A stretch of DNA of 63,973 nucleotides, the filler included, from Phoronis australis (taxonomy: Eukaryota > Animalia > Phoronida), in assembly GCA_002633005.1 (NCBI GenBank). It is 4 parts of 4 records of this genome, joined end to end, with 100 filler letters (N's around TTAATTAATTAA, not from the genome) between each part and the next. Parts side by side here need not be neighbours in the genome. Positions count along the whole stretch, not along the records: positions 45,083 to 60,518 come from NMRA01000006.1; positions 60,619 to 63,973 come from NMRA01003072.1; 2 more parts are not named here. The stretch is one strand, 5' to 3'. Both the position numbers and the translations under genes were made by a program. The notes under the pieces were generated by a model. That model did not search any database. It was given only the letters and a program-made list of their open reading frames with translations, and was not told the DNA's origin. This document shows positions 50,768-63,086 of this stretch, piece by piece. Within the stretch, counting starts at the first letter, position 1, and every line of letters begins with the position of its first letter.

Positions 50768-51437
50768 TTGAATATATGCAGCATTTATCATTTGACCATT
50801 TTACTTCGACAAAACAGCTTGCAACCGCATGCATTTACCGTTCGCCAGTGTCTGGTCTCGATCCGCACCGGGTCCGATAGGCTGCGGTTCCGAGTCTGGC
50901 AAAATAATTTCTGTCAAAATTTATTTGCCACATTTCTTCAGCAAATTCGATAAAATTGTCTGTAGTTTGATTTTATTAAAATTAAGGCGCGCTGTTGATC
51001 ATTTTATCCCCGTTTGCTGGCTGGTAACAGTACAGGCACTGCTCGAGTCGCACTGACGGCGTTTTCTCGGCCTGGGTTCCTGAATGAATTGTACTTCAGG
51101 GTTCGCGGCAAGTTCAAAATGGCGGTGTTTCTTCGGGTGCGAATCGTGAGTGGCGCGTTCATTTAAACTGTTTTCGAGTACGGATCGTGTATTAGTTATG
51201 GGGCAGGTACTTCTTGGATCCTTATAACATCTTCTAACCATGTAATAAGGGTTAACAACGCGTGAGAGAAGGACTTTAAGATGAGCCCTCCCATCCTCAG
51301 ACATGATGGCGTTTGGAAAAGGTTTTGGAAAAAAATTTTGGTAGAGGGTCAATGCTAAAATAACATGTTTCATTAAAAGTCCAGTAAAGCGTATGTTCCC
51401 CCTCACGATTTTGGAAGACTTTAGTTATTATACCAAC

Positions 51438-51599
51438 CTCCGGTGTAGAGATAGATGATTACGGTCACACAATAGAGACAAAAAGCCGCCATCGGGTAGA
51501 CTACATGGAGCACTCTAACAGGTGTCGCTGTAATCAATGTGTCCACAACAGCGTACACAATCGTTATGTGCATGTGTGTTTGAACGATACCCACAGGAT
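51438..51599 (-). CDS. rost: rolling stone-like protein (FAR-17a/AIG1 family), exon C
   Basis: ctttcag acceptor, G|GTTGGT donor, phase 1-1. Encodes DPVGIVQTHMHITIVYAVVDTLITATPVRVLHVVYPM..IYLYTG. Confidence 0.8.
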
Positions 51600-52930
51600 C
51601 TGAAAGACAAGGAGAATTTGACAGCCAGAAGCGAACCACGAAGTACACTCTTTCAAAAACACGTTAGAATTTAGTTGCTTGGCCTATTTAATCGACGTAT
51701 GAACTATGACTAGACGAAACAAAAGAACGTCCTACAACTGATGTCGTCAGGCTTGAAAAGTAAATGAGTAATTTGTTTGAGTACGTACTCCTTGCAAATC
51801 AGTAAACTAGCGGGTGAATTGCTTGACTGTGGGTAAGGCCAGAACATCTGAAACCGCACATAAATCAATTTGCATCGCAACCACCCGAATAACATGAGAC
51901 CTACTGGGTGTACCGTAGAGCGTATATTAATTTACAAACGTGTGTTTTTAAGACTGCAACTTGAGAATTTATATTAAATAAAATTAGGTCCTAATAAGGA
52001 TACCAATGCTTTGCAATCAACGTTTTTTATTCTTTTTTTGCTGAATTTAAATAAAAAATACATGATCACATGACTAAATTAACGACAAATTGTTAAAAAT
52101 TCAAAAATTAAATTCTTCAACCTTTCTTTTTTCAGAAAATATGAATTTTTACTGAGTTAAAATCTACAGTTTTGTAGAAGTTATGTTAAATCCACATATT
52201 TGTCGATAAGATCTAACATAACCTCAATCGGATTCGTTGATAACAAACCAATGGGAGAGGAGGAAATGACATTACTTCGAGATATAACGTATTAGCAAAA
52301 ACGCTGTTCCAACAAACAAACTGCAAAACGAACATGCACGTGAGTAGACGGCCTCCTTCGCCGGGTGAGGATAGAGAGAATTTGTCACGACAGGAAATTG
52401 TTTAAAATCAATTATAGGCGATGCTGTACATGTAGCTGAGTAGCTGTCAGTGTTGAATTCTTAACCGAATTGCTTCGGAGATTAAATCAATGATCGCACT
52501 TATCCTATCCTGAATTGTTCCGAAATGAACCGGAAATCAAGCCACTGTCATTGCGTACATGCGCCATTTTTAATTCGCAATCTTATGGTTGGTCAACCCC
52601 AATAAACTCTGACGCACTTGTTGAGTCACCGATGGTTTCAATGTTCTTGTTCTTGTTCATGACGAAAACTTGGTCCATTTAATGTACTTTAAACAAAAAG
52701 ATGACTTTGGTCATTTTTTTCGTTTTTGGCAGGTAAATATTGAGGAAGGTCAGTTTTAAACAACGCCGATGATGCAGTATTATTTTTACATTCTCTTTGA
52801 AAACCAAAATGGACACTAATATATACATACAGACAAGATTTTGGGGGAGAAAACGAATAATCAGGTGAGACTATCGGTAGTCCAAGTTATGAATGCACAT
52901 CAGTGTTAGTACAACCGATGTTGATAATAC

Positions 52931-53053
52931 CTTTGTAGGTTGGAACCATGGCTGTCCAGTAAACCAGAGTTACAAGACAGGCGGCGTCAAAGGCTATGAC
53001 TTGGAGAAACCATGCGGCCTTGTGATGCCACGTCATAGTCTCGTGTGCGAAAT
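52931..53053 (-). CDS. rost: rolling stone-like protein, exon B (absent from the ORF track)
   Basis: ttttgcag acceptor, AAG|GTATTA donor, phase 1-1. Encodes DFAHETMTWHHKAAWFLQVIAFDAACLVTLVYWTAMVPTYK. Confidence 0.85.
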
Positions 53054-53605
53054 CTGCAAAAAAATCGTATTAGCTACAAATAGTAAGGCAATCGTACTTT
53101 CTGAGAATATTGTTACGATTGTAGGGCCTTTTCTGCAAATTACGTCATCAAATGTTACTTTTGCACATGAATGGACCAACGGAATTCCTTTAGTTGGCTT
53201 TAATTGTTGAAGCAAAAACTTGATGCCGTTTTCGGAAGCAAAATTTCAACTTCGACAGAGATAAAAACTTGGTATATGTAAACACGTACATTGATGGGAC
53301 ACAGCCCGGACACAGTACGACTGTAGAAAACTAGAAATACTAAGTGGTTGTATTTCGTTGTTTGAATGAGCTCCCCTGACAAACGCAAAATCAAAACACA
53401 GCATGACTCGCCATAGCATGTCTTCCAGACATTTGCTGAAATCAAGCCCGGTGTCTTTAACATTTAAAACGCTTAAAATGTTCAGCATTAGAGTATGAGC
53501 CTACTGCTGCTAAGTTAATGGACTCCATTCCGTGCCATTGATAAGTTTTGCAAAATTAATTTTCTATCCAACAATGTCACTTTAAGAAATCTGCATTTTC
53601 TTTAC

Positions 53606-53840
53606 CCGGTTCATTACGAGTCCTTGGGTACGTAATCATAACTGTCACCCATCGGAAGATAAACGTGGCCACAAGCGCTGCGTAGCTCCAGTTCGTGAGA
53701 TAGAGGAACAACTTTACGCGGTTTTCCGGTCCTGAAAACCAGTTCTCATTTGGAAGCGCGCAAGTCAGCACAAACCATATCGAGATGTATATCAGACAGA
53801 CCGTAACGTAGGCGAGATACAGCGCTTGAGAACAGAACCA
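53606..53840 (-). CDS. rost: rolling stone-like protein, exon A
   Basis: ttacag acceptor, G|GTAAAG donor, phase 0-1. Encodes WFCSQALYLAY...KLFLYLTNWSY, the family YLTNW motif. Confidence 0.88.
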
Positions 53841-54985
53841 CTGTAATGGGTTAGAAAATAATAACCACAGTAATAAATGTGACATTTTTAACATATGAAC
53901 ACAGTACATGTTGACTACTCGTCAAATATGTGTTGGTTTTCTATGATAGTTATTAGCGCAACACCGGGACAGAAACTAAATTTACAAAAGGTGGCAAAAA
54001 ATATTCCCTTATTTAGTATGACGTCATTTCGACGTTTTGGACCTAGTCAAATAAATTAAAATACCAAAATGAAAATTCCAAAAAGTAAAAATAATAATTA
54101 GATCAAGCACTTCGAATCTGGCCTTGGATCTGGTCAATTCTAATGCTTCTGAACTCCCAGGGATCATTCAGTAGGTTCCACCGTTGTCGGACCACACCGA
54201 GTAACCTAAACACATAATTTTGTAAAACTCCCAAGTGCTAAACTGCCCCCGTGGCTAAGCTCAAGACCTGCAAGATTTTTTAAAATATGATTTGAATGTG
54301 CATTTCTATTCCTACTTGCGGGTGCAAACCGCGTCATATTAGTGGAAGATACGTCACCACTAAACATCCGAATGGTAACAATTTGTCGACATGAAGTAAA
54401 AAGCCTACCCAAAGATAGGCCCAATTTGAGTTGTGACTAAAAATTTTGAGTTTTCCCGCGTTTCCAAATGCACAGCTTCTACGAAGATGTGCACGTATAT
54501 ATTCAATCAGCAATACGTACGTGTCAACCGTGTGAGTATGTAAATATTCACTTGTCCTACCAGGGTAGAGTTCAGAAACGCTAAAACCTAGCCAAAATCA
54601 CGTGTTCTCGTTTAAAATACACGGCAATATCTCATATAATCTCGCAAAGTCTTGGCTTTTGGCGAGGTCCCAGCGTTACTGAACGGCTGGCTGGTCTCAT
54701 CAGGTTCTTATTTCGTTATCCCATTTTCATTTTGAATATCGCTTCATTGTTTAACCATGTTACAACTCGTAATTGTATTATTTTTATTGGAGCGCACATC
54801 TTTGGCGATCATTCTATTGGTGCACGACAAGAAATTCGAAAATCATTTTTGTACGCAACCTACACGAAATTCGATCGCACTGTGTAACTTGTTCAAAGGT
54901 CGAGACATGTTAGTCCGGGAGCCAGAGAATTTTTTCTTACTTAACCTGGATTTGCTGAATAAAGTTTAATTTGTTGATGTTTCTG

Positions 54986-56904
54986 TAGCCTAGGGATAGG
55001 TTATCATAATTTGGGGTGTGACCGTTCGAAACCCTTAAGTATTTTTTAAATATGCAAATTAAGTTAGTGATAATACAAAACTCTATTTTTGCTTATAACG
55101 TCCTTGCCAAGCACTGTAAACAGGTTATTTTAATATTTTCACCTTTGTTTCCAAAGTCAGTGAATTTATAGGAGCTCGTTTGCTAGTGAACATATCGGGA
55201 ATTTGCATAATATACGCAAATTAGTGCCGCAATTATTCAAAATTCTGCTTGTAGCTGTAGTACCAGGTACGACAGGTAAATTAGTTTATGTTCGGAATAT
55301 GTCCCCAAAATAATACCAGGTACCACAGGTAAATTATTGTAATACTTGCACACATGTTGCTGTTGTGAAATAGTTTAATAAAATCAGTTTGTAAGTTGCT
55401 GCACGACAAACTTGCATAATTTATGTAATTCGAAATTCGGTTTCTGCTCCTAACTTCCTTACAGGCGTTACATGTTCGTGATCATCATGAATTTGCATTA
55501 TTGATGAGTTACATAAATTAGACTGAGTTGCCATGAAAACAAAACTCTGCTTGTGCTTATAATTGCCGTATCAGACACCAGAGGTCAGTGATATTAATAT
55601 TTGCACCCACGTTTCTGTGGTCAATGAGTTAAATGAAACCTGATGCAAGTAGCATGGTAAGCTCGCAGAATCTCTTTTTGAAGATGAAGTGAGAAAATAG
55701 TTTGTGTAATATGTGCTCAACAGTTTGAGACTTTTAATTCCAAAAAAAAAACATTTGCCTAATGTTCTACTCCCTTAAGCCATAGAAAAATGCAGATTAG
55801 ATTAATGAGCTGAGTGAATGCTGGAATGGGACTCGGTGCGATCAGTTTATAGGGACCACATTCACGATGTACAGACACTGTAGTGGAGGCATAGTAGGGA
55901 ATTTCCCTCAAAGAAGAGCCTCTTAAGCTTTGGGCGCGAAGTTGCCATTTGTCTTGCAAGATTGAAACGGGTCTTGGAGAAACGAAAGCGATAACATTGC
56001 ATCTTGTACTCAAACCTATCACAAAGATGAAAGTAAGGCACGTTTTTAAGTAAGTGCCCAAGATATTGCACGAATCCGTCAAAAAGTAGATACCAGCATC
56101 GATAAATTGGATCCCAAGTTCCATCCCAAAGGCGCAGTAAAGAACATTAGCAGTGACAGGATTGTTACTCCAACAGTTAATACATGTACACGAAGCAATA
56201 AGCATTGAACAAGCACTGCTATAAAACTTCGAGAAAGGCTGAACACTAGGTTTCTACAACACTATGCCGAGAAAGGTGATAACCATGACAGCAAATGCCA
56301 AATCAATTCAAGTTGTTGAGTCGAAGGTGTGCGATATCAATGCAATATATTGAAGGGTTATGCCATTGTTATCAAACAATCGTGACATTGACGAAATGGG
56401 CGTCATGAGCTTGCTCCAAAGCCTCCTGCAATGCTTATAGAAAATCGAGACGAGCCTTGTAAAAGGCAAGTCAGCCATGTACAGGTCCCTGCAACAGGAA
56501 GTGTCCAGCAGGAATGGCGGATGTACCAATGTGACGGTCATAGATGATTCAAATCTTCTGTGGACTGTTCACTGGCCAGCAGATGGTACTGTAGAAAATT
56601 ATGTCACCAAAGTGAAAATATGTGGTACTGCATATCCATGCGGACACCCAGCTTAAAAATGGGGTGCTCGAATTTTTGAGAATGGGGACGTCTTACTAAG
56701 ATTCATGGGGTACGTTCAACTTACAAACTGATTTCATTAAACATGGGTGCAATGTCATGATGGTTCACCTGTAGTGCCTGGTACCGCAGCTATAATCACA
56801 AGTAGAATTTGAATAACGGTGGTCTTAATTTGAAATTTTAAAAATTGTTCAAGGGTTGCAAACGGTATCCCCTCCCTAAATCATGGTCACTTAACCCTTG
56901 GCTA
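54986..56904 (+). mobile_element. second Academ element, old and internally deleted
   Basis: Imperfect ~50-bp TIRs (TAGCCTAGGGATAGGTTATCATAATTTGGGG.. versus reverse complement TAGCCAAGGGTTAAGTGACCATGATTTAGGG..). No clean TSD. Contains a transposase remnant. Confidence 0.75.
55819..56625 (+). pseudogene. AcademX-type transposase remnant up to the start of the XPG/PIN-like domain
   Basis: CWNGTRCDQFIGTTFTMYRHCSGGIVG/ISLKEEPLKLWARSCH, IDKLDPKFHP, FYNTMPRKVITM, HELAPKPPAM and KSAMYRSLQQEVSSR..VTVIDDSNLLWTVHWPADGTVENYV, with several frameshifts. Confidence 0.75.
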
Positions 56905-57289
56905 CATGAAACAGCAAAGAAAAAACTTTATCCGTCAAATCCAGTCTCAGGTCCCTGGCTCTAGGACTATATTGGTTTCCGCTTCTCGATCTGACTTAGG
57001 GCTCTCGCGTTATTCGAGATTTGCTGATCTAAGGACTCTTATTGAACGATTTTTGCTGTTCTTTTGTTTGTCTATCATTCGCATTCGCATGTTTCGTCCG
57101 ATTGACATGAAATTTACACACAACATGTATGTCATGGAAATCTTGAGGCCTGTTGTTTTAGGCGAAATCAGACCAAAGACGGAGCTTTGAAGACCATTTT
57201 TTAAATTCTCGTTTTACGGAGCAGAACGTAGATTGATCTCCTGGAGGTAACCGTTTTTGACTATTGGCTTGGACTTGTGTCATATTTTC

Positions 57290-57530
57290 TTTCTATTGGC
57301 TTCCAACTGGTACCATTGTTTTTACCGCTGGCTTGCAACTCGTGTCACTGTTTTGGTCGTTGGATTGCAACTCGTGTCACTGTTTTGGTCGTTGGATTGC
57401 AACTGGTGTCACTGTTTTGGTCGTTGGATTGCAACTGGTGTCAGTGTTTTGACCGTTGCGTTGCAACTGATGTCAGCGTTTTATACTGTTGACCTGCAAC
57501 TGCTGTCACTGATTTTGATCACTGCCTTGC
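57290..57530 (+). repeat. 32-bp minisatellite, ~7 copies
   Basis: Unit tggattgcaact(g/c)gtgtcactgttttggtcgt, homogeneous in the centre and decayed at the edges. Confidence 0.92.
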
Positions 57531-58387
57531 ACTCTGTGCGGTTTTAACAGAAGCATATCGTCGAAATTTGGGTACAGTGAAAAGCTAAAGGAACGCACAA
57601 AAAGTTTGACAATTAAGTTCAAAGCACTCTAAACCCTTAGCTGGTTCTGTCTTCTCCTAATTCACCTTTTTTTATTTCCCATGTGACATAAATATCGTTT
57701 AACCAAGACGTTCCTCGACCACTGCCTCCTAGAACGGATCATGTGTTTCTAGATGAGCGGTCATTTCCCGCGGATGTCGTTACTCTCCCTCACCAATTGC
57801 GCATAGAATATCTAACTACATGTATATTTGAAGAATTTAAGTTGATGACGCTAATAGGGAATTATATGAATTTAAAACTTTGTTTTGAACGTTGTTCAAA
57901 ACTGGGCTTAGTATCTTTTTATAAGATGCAACATCTACATCCAAGCTGAAATGAGTATATAGAGCTCAGTGTTGTATATTATAATCATTTCATTTTAATA
58001 TGGTTCAACGTGACGTCTCTCTGGTTCACAGAACGCGTAAATGCGGGCGAAAGACAAACATGACGAGTAGTGGTATACGGGACATCATATGTGTATAAAT
58101 GCCACATCATTCTAGATATGATGGTGCTTCTAGAAGTGGGCTTGGCTAATAGACTATCGTCCTCAAAGTATGATAGTACTAGCAAAACACTTGAGTTCGC
58201 CTAATGACGCAAGGATTTTTTCTATCGCAGAGCGGTTAGGCAAATATCAAAAAACGTGCTTTCTTCTCTTGGACAGACTGTATTGCGAGGTCAAAGAAAA
58301 CATGAAGTCAAATAGTAACCCTCGTCTTACGAAGAACCTTAAAGGAGAATGCCACGCAAACTTTCCATTGTGTTTTGTAAACTAAAA

Positions 58388-59581
58388 CTAGAAAGATTAT
58401 TGTCACGGCGTGACAATAATGGACTCTGCGCGTGCGTATTAAAGGAATTGTTATGGGAAGTTACTGACAGCAACCCGGTTACCAATAGGAATTCTTTAAA
58501 ATTGTAGGAGAAATTACATGTCAATATTTTGATGACCTTTCCACTAACTGACCTCTTCCGGTGCATTATGAACCCCGATGAAGGAATAATTGTAAAACCA
58601 ATTTAAAGTGTGGTTAATGCGAAGAATCACAGATGTTTTACTTTAAGCACTTAAGAATACAACATGAATGAATTGGTCAAACTTTCAGAAGAAAAATGCA
58701 CCTAATGACCCCATGGGTGCACCAAATGACCCAAAAATTGAAAATTCAAACTCAATCGCATTTAGTAAAGAGATATGTAATTTTGAAGTCACTACCTCAA
58801 AATTTTAATTTTGCACTCAATGACCTTTGACCTATTTTTTCTGATTGGTAGGCCTATTGCGTAGTTAAGTAGGTTGTTCAATTGGCATGTTGACTTACAC
58901 TAGTGTGCTGAAATTCAAAAGAATTCATTGAAAAACGTAAGATATCACATTTTGAACGTTAGCTGACCTTTGCACTAATTGACCTTATCCGGTGCATTTT
59001 AAGCATCTTTAGGAGAATTATTGCAAAGCCCATGAAAAATGTGTTTAACGCTGAGAATCACAGTTGTCTAACGGTTGATACATCAGAATACTTACTGATT
59101 GAAAAGGTCAAATTTTCAGAAGAAAAATGCACCTAATGACCCCATGTTTGCACTAAATGACCTGAAACTTTGGATTCCGATTTGCTTTACCTGTGGCAAT
59201 CAGACCTGTCAATTTGAAGTGTCTCGCTCAAAATTCTATTTTGCACCTAAGGACCTTTGACCTTTTTCACCTGATTGGATGACCCGATTTCTTAGAAAAG
59301 TAATTTTTAAATTGTCATGTTGACTTATACCTGTGCACCGAATTTGAAAAAGATATCTTAAAAACTGAAGGAGGAGTAGCATTTTGAAAATTATCTGACC
59401 TTTGCACTAAACGACCTTTTCCGGTGCAATATGGAATATGATTATATAACCAATCAAAATTTATATACTGTCAAAAGTCATATGCTGAATTAAAAGAACG
59501 TACCTGCACCCAATTTGGAGTTATTAAGCCTCAATGTTGGTCGGAAGAAGAATAAGAAGAAGAATAAGAAGAATGAGAAGA
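58388..59581 (-). mobile_element. non-autonomous Helitron/Helentron-like element, tandem copy 1
   Basis: Minus-strand 3' CTAG (58388-58391) with a perfect 11-bp hairpin ATTATTGTCAC-GGC-GTGACAATAAT (58396-58420). It has a 5' TC plus a (TTC/TTA)n microsatellite and internal ~430-bp repeats. Confidence 0.8.
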
Positions 59582-59582
59582 A

Positions 59583-60518
59583 CTAGAAAGATTTTTTATT
59601 GTCACGGCGTGACAATAACGGACTCTGCGCGTGCGTATTACTGAAATTATTATGGGAAGTTACTGACAGCAACCCGTTTACCAATGTGAAAAGGAATTCT
59701 TTAAAATTGTAGGAGAAATTACATATTAATTTTTGATGACCTTTCCACTAATTGACCTCTTTCGGTGCATTATGAGCCCCGATGAGGGAGTAATTGTTAA
59801 CTCGATTAAAAGCGTGGTTAATGCTAATAATCACTGATGTTTTACTTTAAGCACTTCAGAATACAAGATGAATGAAGTGGTCAATCTTTCATAAGAAAAA
59901 TGCACCTAATGACCCCATGGGTGCACCAAATGACAGGAAAGTTTAGACTTCAAATTCAATCGCGCTTAGTAAACAGATACGTAATTCTGAAGTTTCTAGC
60001 TCAAAATTTTAGTTTGCACTCAATGACCTTTGACCTATTTTTTCTGATTGGTTAGGCCTATTGCAAAGTAAAGTAGGGTATTTAATTGGCATGTTGACTA
60101 ACACCAGTGTGCTGAAATTGAAAAGAATTCCTTGAAAAACATACAGTGTAAGAGATATAACATTTTGAACATTACATGACCTTTGCACTAATTGACCTTA
60201 TCCGGTGCATTTTAAGCATCTTTAGGAGAATTATTGCAAAGCCCCTGGAAAATGTGTTTAACGCTGAGAATCACAGTTGTCTAACCGTTGACACATCAGA
60301 ATACTTGCTGATTGAAAAGGTCAAATTTTCAGAAGAAAAATGCACCTAATGACCCCATGTTTGCACTAAATGACCTGAAACTTTGGATTCGGATTTGCTT
60401 TACCTGTGGCAATCAGACCTGTCAATTTGAAGTGTCTAGCTCAAAATTTTAGTTTGCGCCTAATGACCTTTGACCTATTTCACCTGATTGGATGACCTGA
60501 TTACTTAGAAAAGTAATT
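59583..60518 (-). mobile_element. tandem copy 2 of the same element, cut by the assembly spacer
   Basis: The same CTAG and hairpin recur 1195 bp further on, with colinear but diverged sequence. Confidence 0.8.
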
Positions 60519-60618
60519 NNNNNNNNNNNNNNNNNNNNNNNNNNNNNNNNNNNNNNNNNNNNTTAATTAATTAANNNNNNNNNNNNNNNNNNNNNNNNNN
60601 NNNNNNNNNNNNNNNNNN
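60519..60618. other. assembly spacer
   Basis: Ns with TTAATTAATTAA linker. Confidence 0.97.
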
Positions 60619-60649
60619 TAGTTATTAAAATTCAGACTTTATAGCTCAC

Positions 60650-60813
60650 CTCAAACTGAGCAATGGCAGCCCCGGACTCAACGCCCTCTTGTAGTAGGAG
60701 CAGAGACTCTGCTAGCAAGTCCCCACCACAGAGAGAGCTAGATATATGGTGAGTATCTGGGATGTACTGGAAGTCTGGCTCCTCCGGGTTGACACTGTCT
60801 TCACCGATATAGA
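60650..60813 (-). CDS. PTPN4: PTPN3/PTPN4-like phosphatase, PDZ-to-PTP linker exon
   Basis: ttctag acceptor, GAG|GTGAGC donor, phase 1-0. Encodes VYIGEDSVNPEEPDFQYIPD..LAESLLLLQEGVESGAAIAQFE. Confidence 0.9.
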
Positions 60814-61272
60814 CTAGAATAGACATGGAGGAGCAAGAGTATAGATACGGTGAAATGTAAAGAGTGAGACTAGGCATGCCGTGTCACTGTCAATGACAAA
60901 GTGGAAGAAAAAGATTTGGATGAGCACAGGTAAAGAGCAATGTAATCTAATATTTCCAAAATCGTGTACAATGCGTGTCCATCTCTGCACACTGCCTGAT
61001 ATGCAACAAGATGGGTCTACTAAAACGACGTCAAAAGCATGTGACATTACAAACGAGGCCATTTTCTTTATTGGTTGAAAATGATCTTGACACAGTTGCG
61101 TAGTTTCATTTTGTTACAAGAATTGGGAAGTGCCAAAAAAAAATTAATAATAATAGCGCAAGGATAGTTGGCAAAAACTGTGGATATTCTAATTCTGAAC
61201 AGACATATAAAAGTGATGTTCTAATTCTGACTAGAAAGTACATTTTCTACACTGCACACCATCGCCACCTAC

Positions 61273-61486
61273 CGTTGGGCCTGACAATGAGTAGTAGTTC
61301 GCCAGAGTGCGTCTCTCGCGCCGACCGTATGAACATGACGACCTGCTCATGAGTATGCTCCGACACGTCGCGCCCGTTAATGAACAACACCTGGTCACCC
61401 TCGTTCAGTCGTGGAATACACAGGTCGGCGGGCATGCCGGGGGCGACACGTGACACAATGATAGGCATACCTTGGTCCGCCCCACC
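61273..61486 (-). CDS. PTPN4: PTPN3/PTPN4-like phosphatase, PDZ exon
   Basis: [71 protein letters not shown], with canonical AG/GT and phase 0-1. Confidence 0.95.
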
Positions 61487-61645
61487 CTATAGGAGACAAA
61501 CTGGGGATTTATTAAAACATTATAGACAATGATTGCTATGCCTCGATCTGTCCTACCCTGTAATGAGACAAATAAGGGGCTTACTGTAGAATTTATACAC
61601 AAGGATGGCTATGCCTTGGTCTGCCCCACCCTGTAGGGAGACAAT
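61457..61645 (-). repeat. three ~72-bp tandem copies spanning the intron/exon boundary of the PDZ exon
   Basis: ttgtctc..ta(c/t)ag|GGT(G/A)GG.C.GA.C.AGG.AT occurs with exon-like starts at 61486, 61557 and 61630. Confidence 0.85.
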
Positions 61646-62723
61646 GAAGAACAACATGTATATCACCGATCTTGGCTGATGTGAATTCGCACTAGGTTTA
61701 TTTCAATCATTGCACAACTCCTAAGACTCTTTATCATTGCTCAGTGATCAGACACCATTACAAATTATCATGACCGATGATAAATGTTGCATGAACAATT
61801 ATATCAAGCCTGGCCACCATAGGGTAAAAACAGCTTCTCTCACACATGTCTGGAGTAATGGAGTCAAACAGCCACTGGGGGAAAACTACTGCCCCTAACT
61901 ATAACCTTGTTACTCTGACATTGTCAAAATTCCTTGAATTAGTCCTGGATGAAAATAATAAACACTGATACAATTTTCATCCACACTAATTTTAATTATG
62001 TTTGTGAAAAAAAAACAAGATTAACATTTGAAACAATAATACAATTCTCTGTGCACTTTCAAATGTAGATTTTTGTTTTCTAAAAACAATCCAGCGTGAG
62101 GTTTGTCTAGTGTCAACCTCAAAACTAGCTGGCACAGAGTCATTGGTCCTGAGACAGGCTCCCCTACCAGCAAACAAACTAATGACTTATTTGGCCGAAA
62201 AACATAAACTGGTGACATGTTAGAACACTTGGGAATGTTCAAGTGTCTTCAGTTTGATTGGATAGCAAAGTGGGAATATCCTGATATTCCAGATTTTTAG
62301 CCAAATCGATAGTTGGGTTGTGAATCTTCTCAAGTCACCATCTGACTTTGAGACACAATGTTTACATAATGCAGCTTGTCAGCATTCGAATCTGAATCCG
62401 AATATACTACACAGCCGGCTGTGGGCATTAGGATCAAATGTGTTAACATCAGTTCTTATCAACCATTTATATTATACCATACCATACACTTAATTCACTG
62501 AAATGAATTAATATGAATTGATACAAAATCTGACAAATTATGATCAACCAAAACTGCCTGTGTAGAGAGGGTTTATCAAAACTTCACAACTACCTCAGAA
62601 TGGCAGTAACGTCAGAAATAAAACAGATAGTTCTATGGACAGCGATCAAAGTCAGAAAGTCATATCCCATAATACTTTTCTCACACCAAATAGTTTGGCT
62701 GTGACGTCTATGAGTGAACTCAC

Positions 62724-62807
62724 CTTTACATTGAAACCAAATCGTCCTTGTTCATCAGGAGTCATACGGATGGAGACTAGGCCATGCTGTTCATCAATAC
62801 CATTTGG
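62724..62807 (-). CDS. PTPN4: PTPN3/PTPN4-like phosphatase, exon with the PDZ N-terminus (absent from the ORF track)
   Basis: ttgcag acceptor, AAG|GTGAGT donor, phase 0-0. Encodes PNGIDEQHGLVSIRMTPDEQGRFGFNVK. Confidence 0.92.
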
Positions 62808-63086
62808 CTGCAATCAGAAAACAATATGCTTGTGCTCGTGTGTGTAATTATACATGGTAAATCCACTAGAGTTGATGTCATGAGAACACATGTTCATGGT
62901 AAGTGAACTAAGCAGTTAATGTCACAGCAAGTCAACTCATAGTGTACACAAAGAAGCACTTTAAATTCAGGTACTAAAATCCACAGCAACAGCCTTGCCC
63001 ATGTGTCGTCGAAAAAGATGCCTACAGGTAACTTCAGCCCTGGAGTTATGAGCCTTTTGCTGTCACAGGGATGGTCTGGGGGGGGG

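Noticed and set aside
49892-50834. Long ORFs of 271-305 aa, and the INAAYIQ resemblance to the PTP DYINA motif
   Set aside because: The ORFs are N runs. The motif lacks DY and has a stop just upstream.
55759-56205. 148-aa minus-strand ORF as a gene
   Set aside because: It is the antisense shadow of the plus-strand Academ transposase remnant.
57290-57530. 32-bp repeats as a CRISPR array, and the overlapping repetitive ORFs as genes
   Set aside because: Units are contiguous with no unique spacers, there are no cas genes and the context is eukaryotic. It is an ordinary minisatellite.
57985-58185. DVPYTTTRH as the PTP DIxPYDxTRV motif
   Set aside because: There is no preceding KNRY or following DYINA, so it is a chance resemblance.
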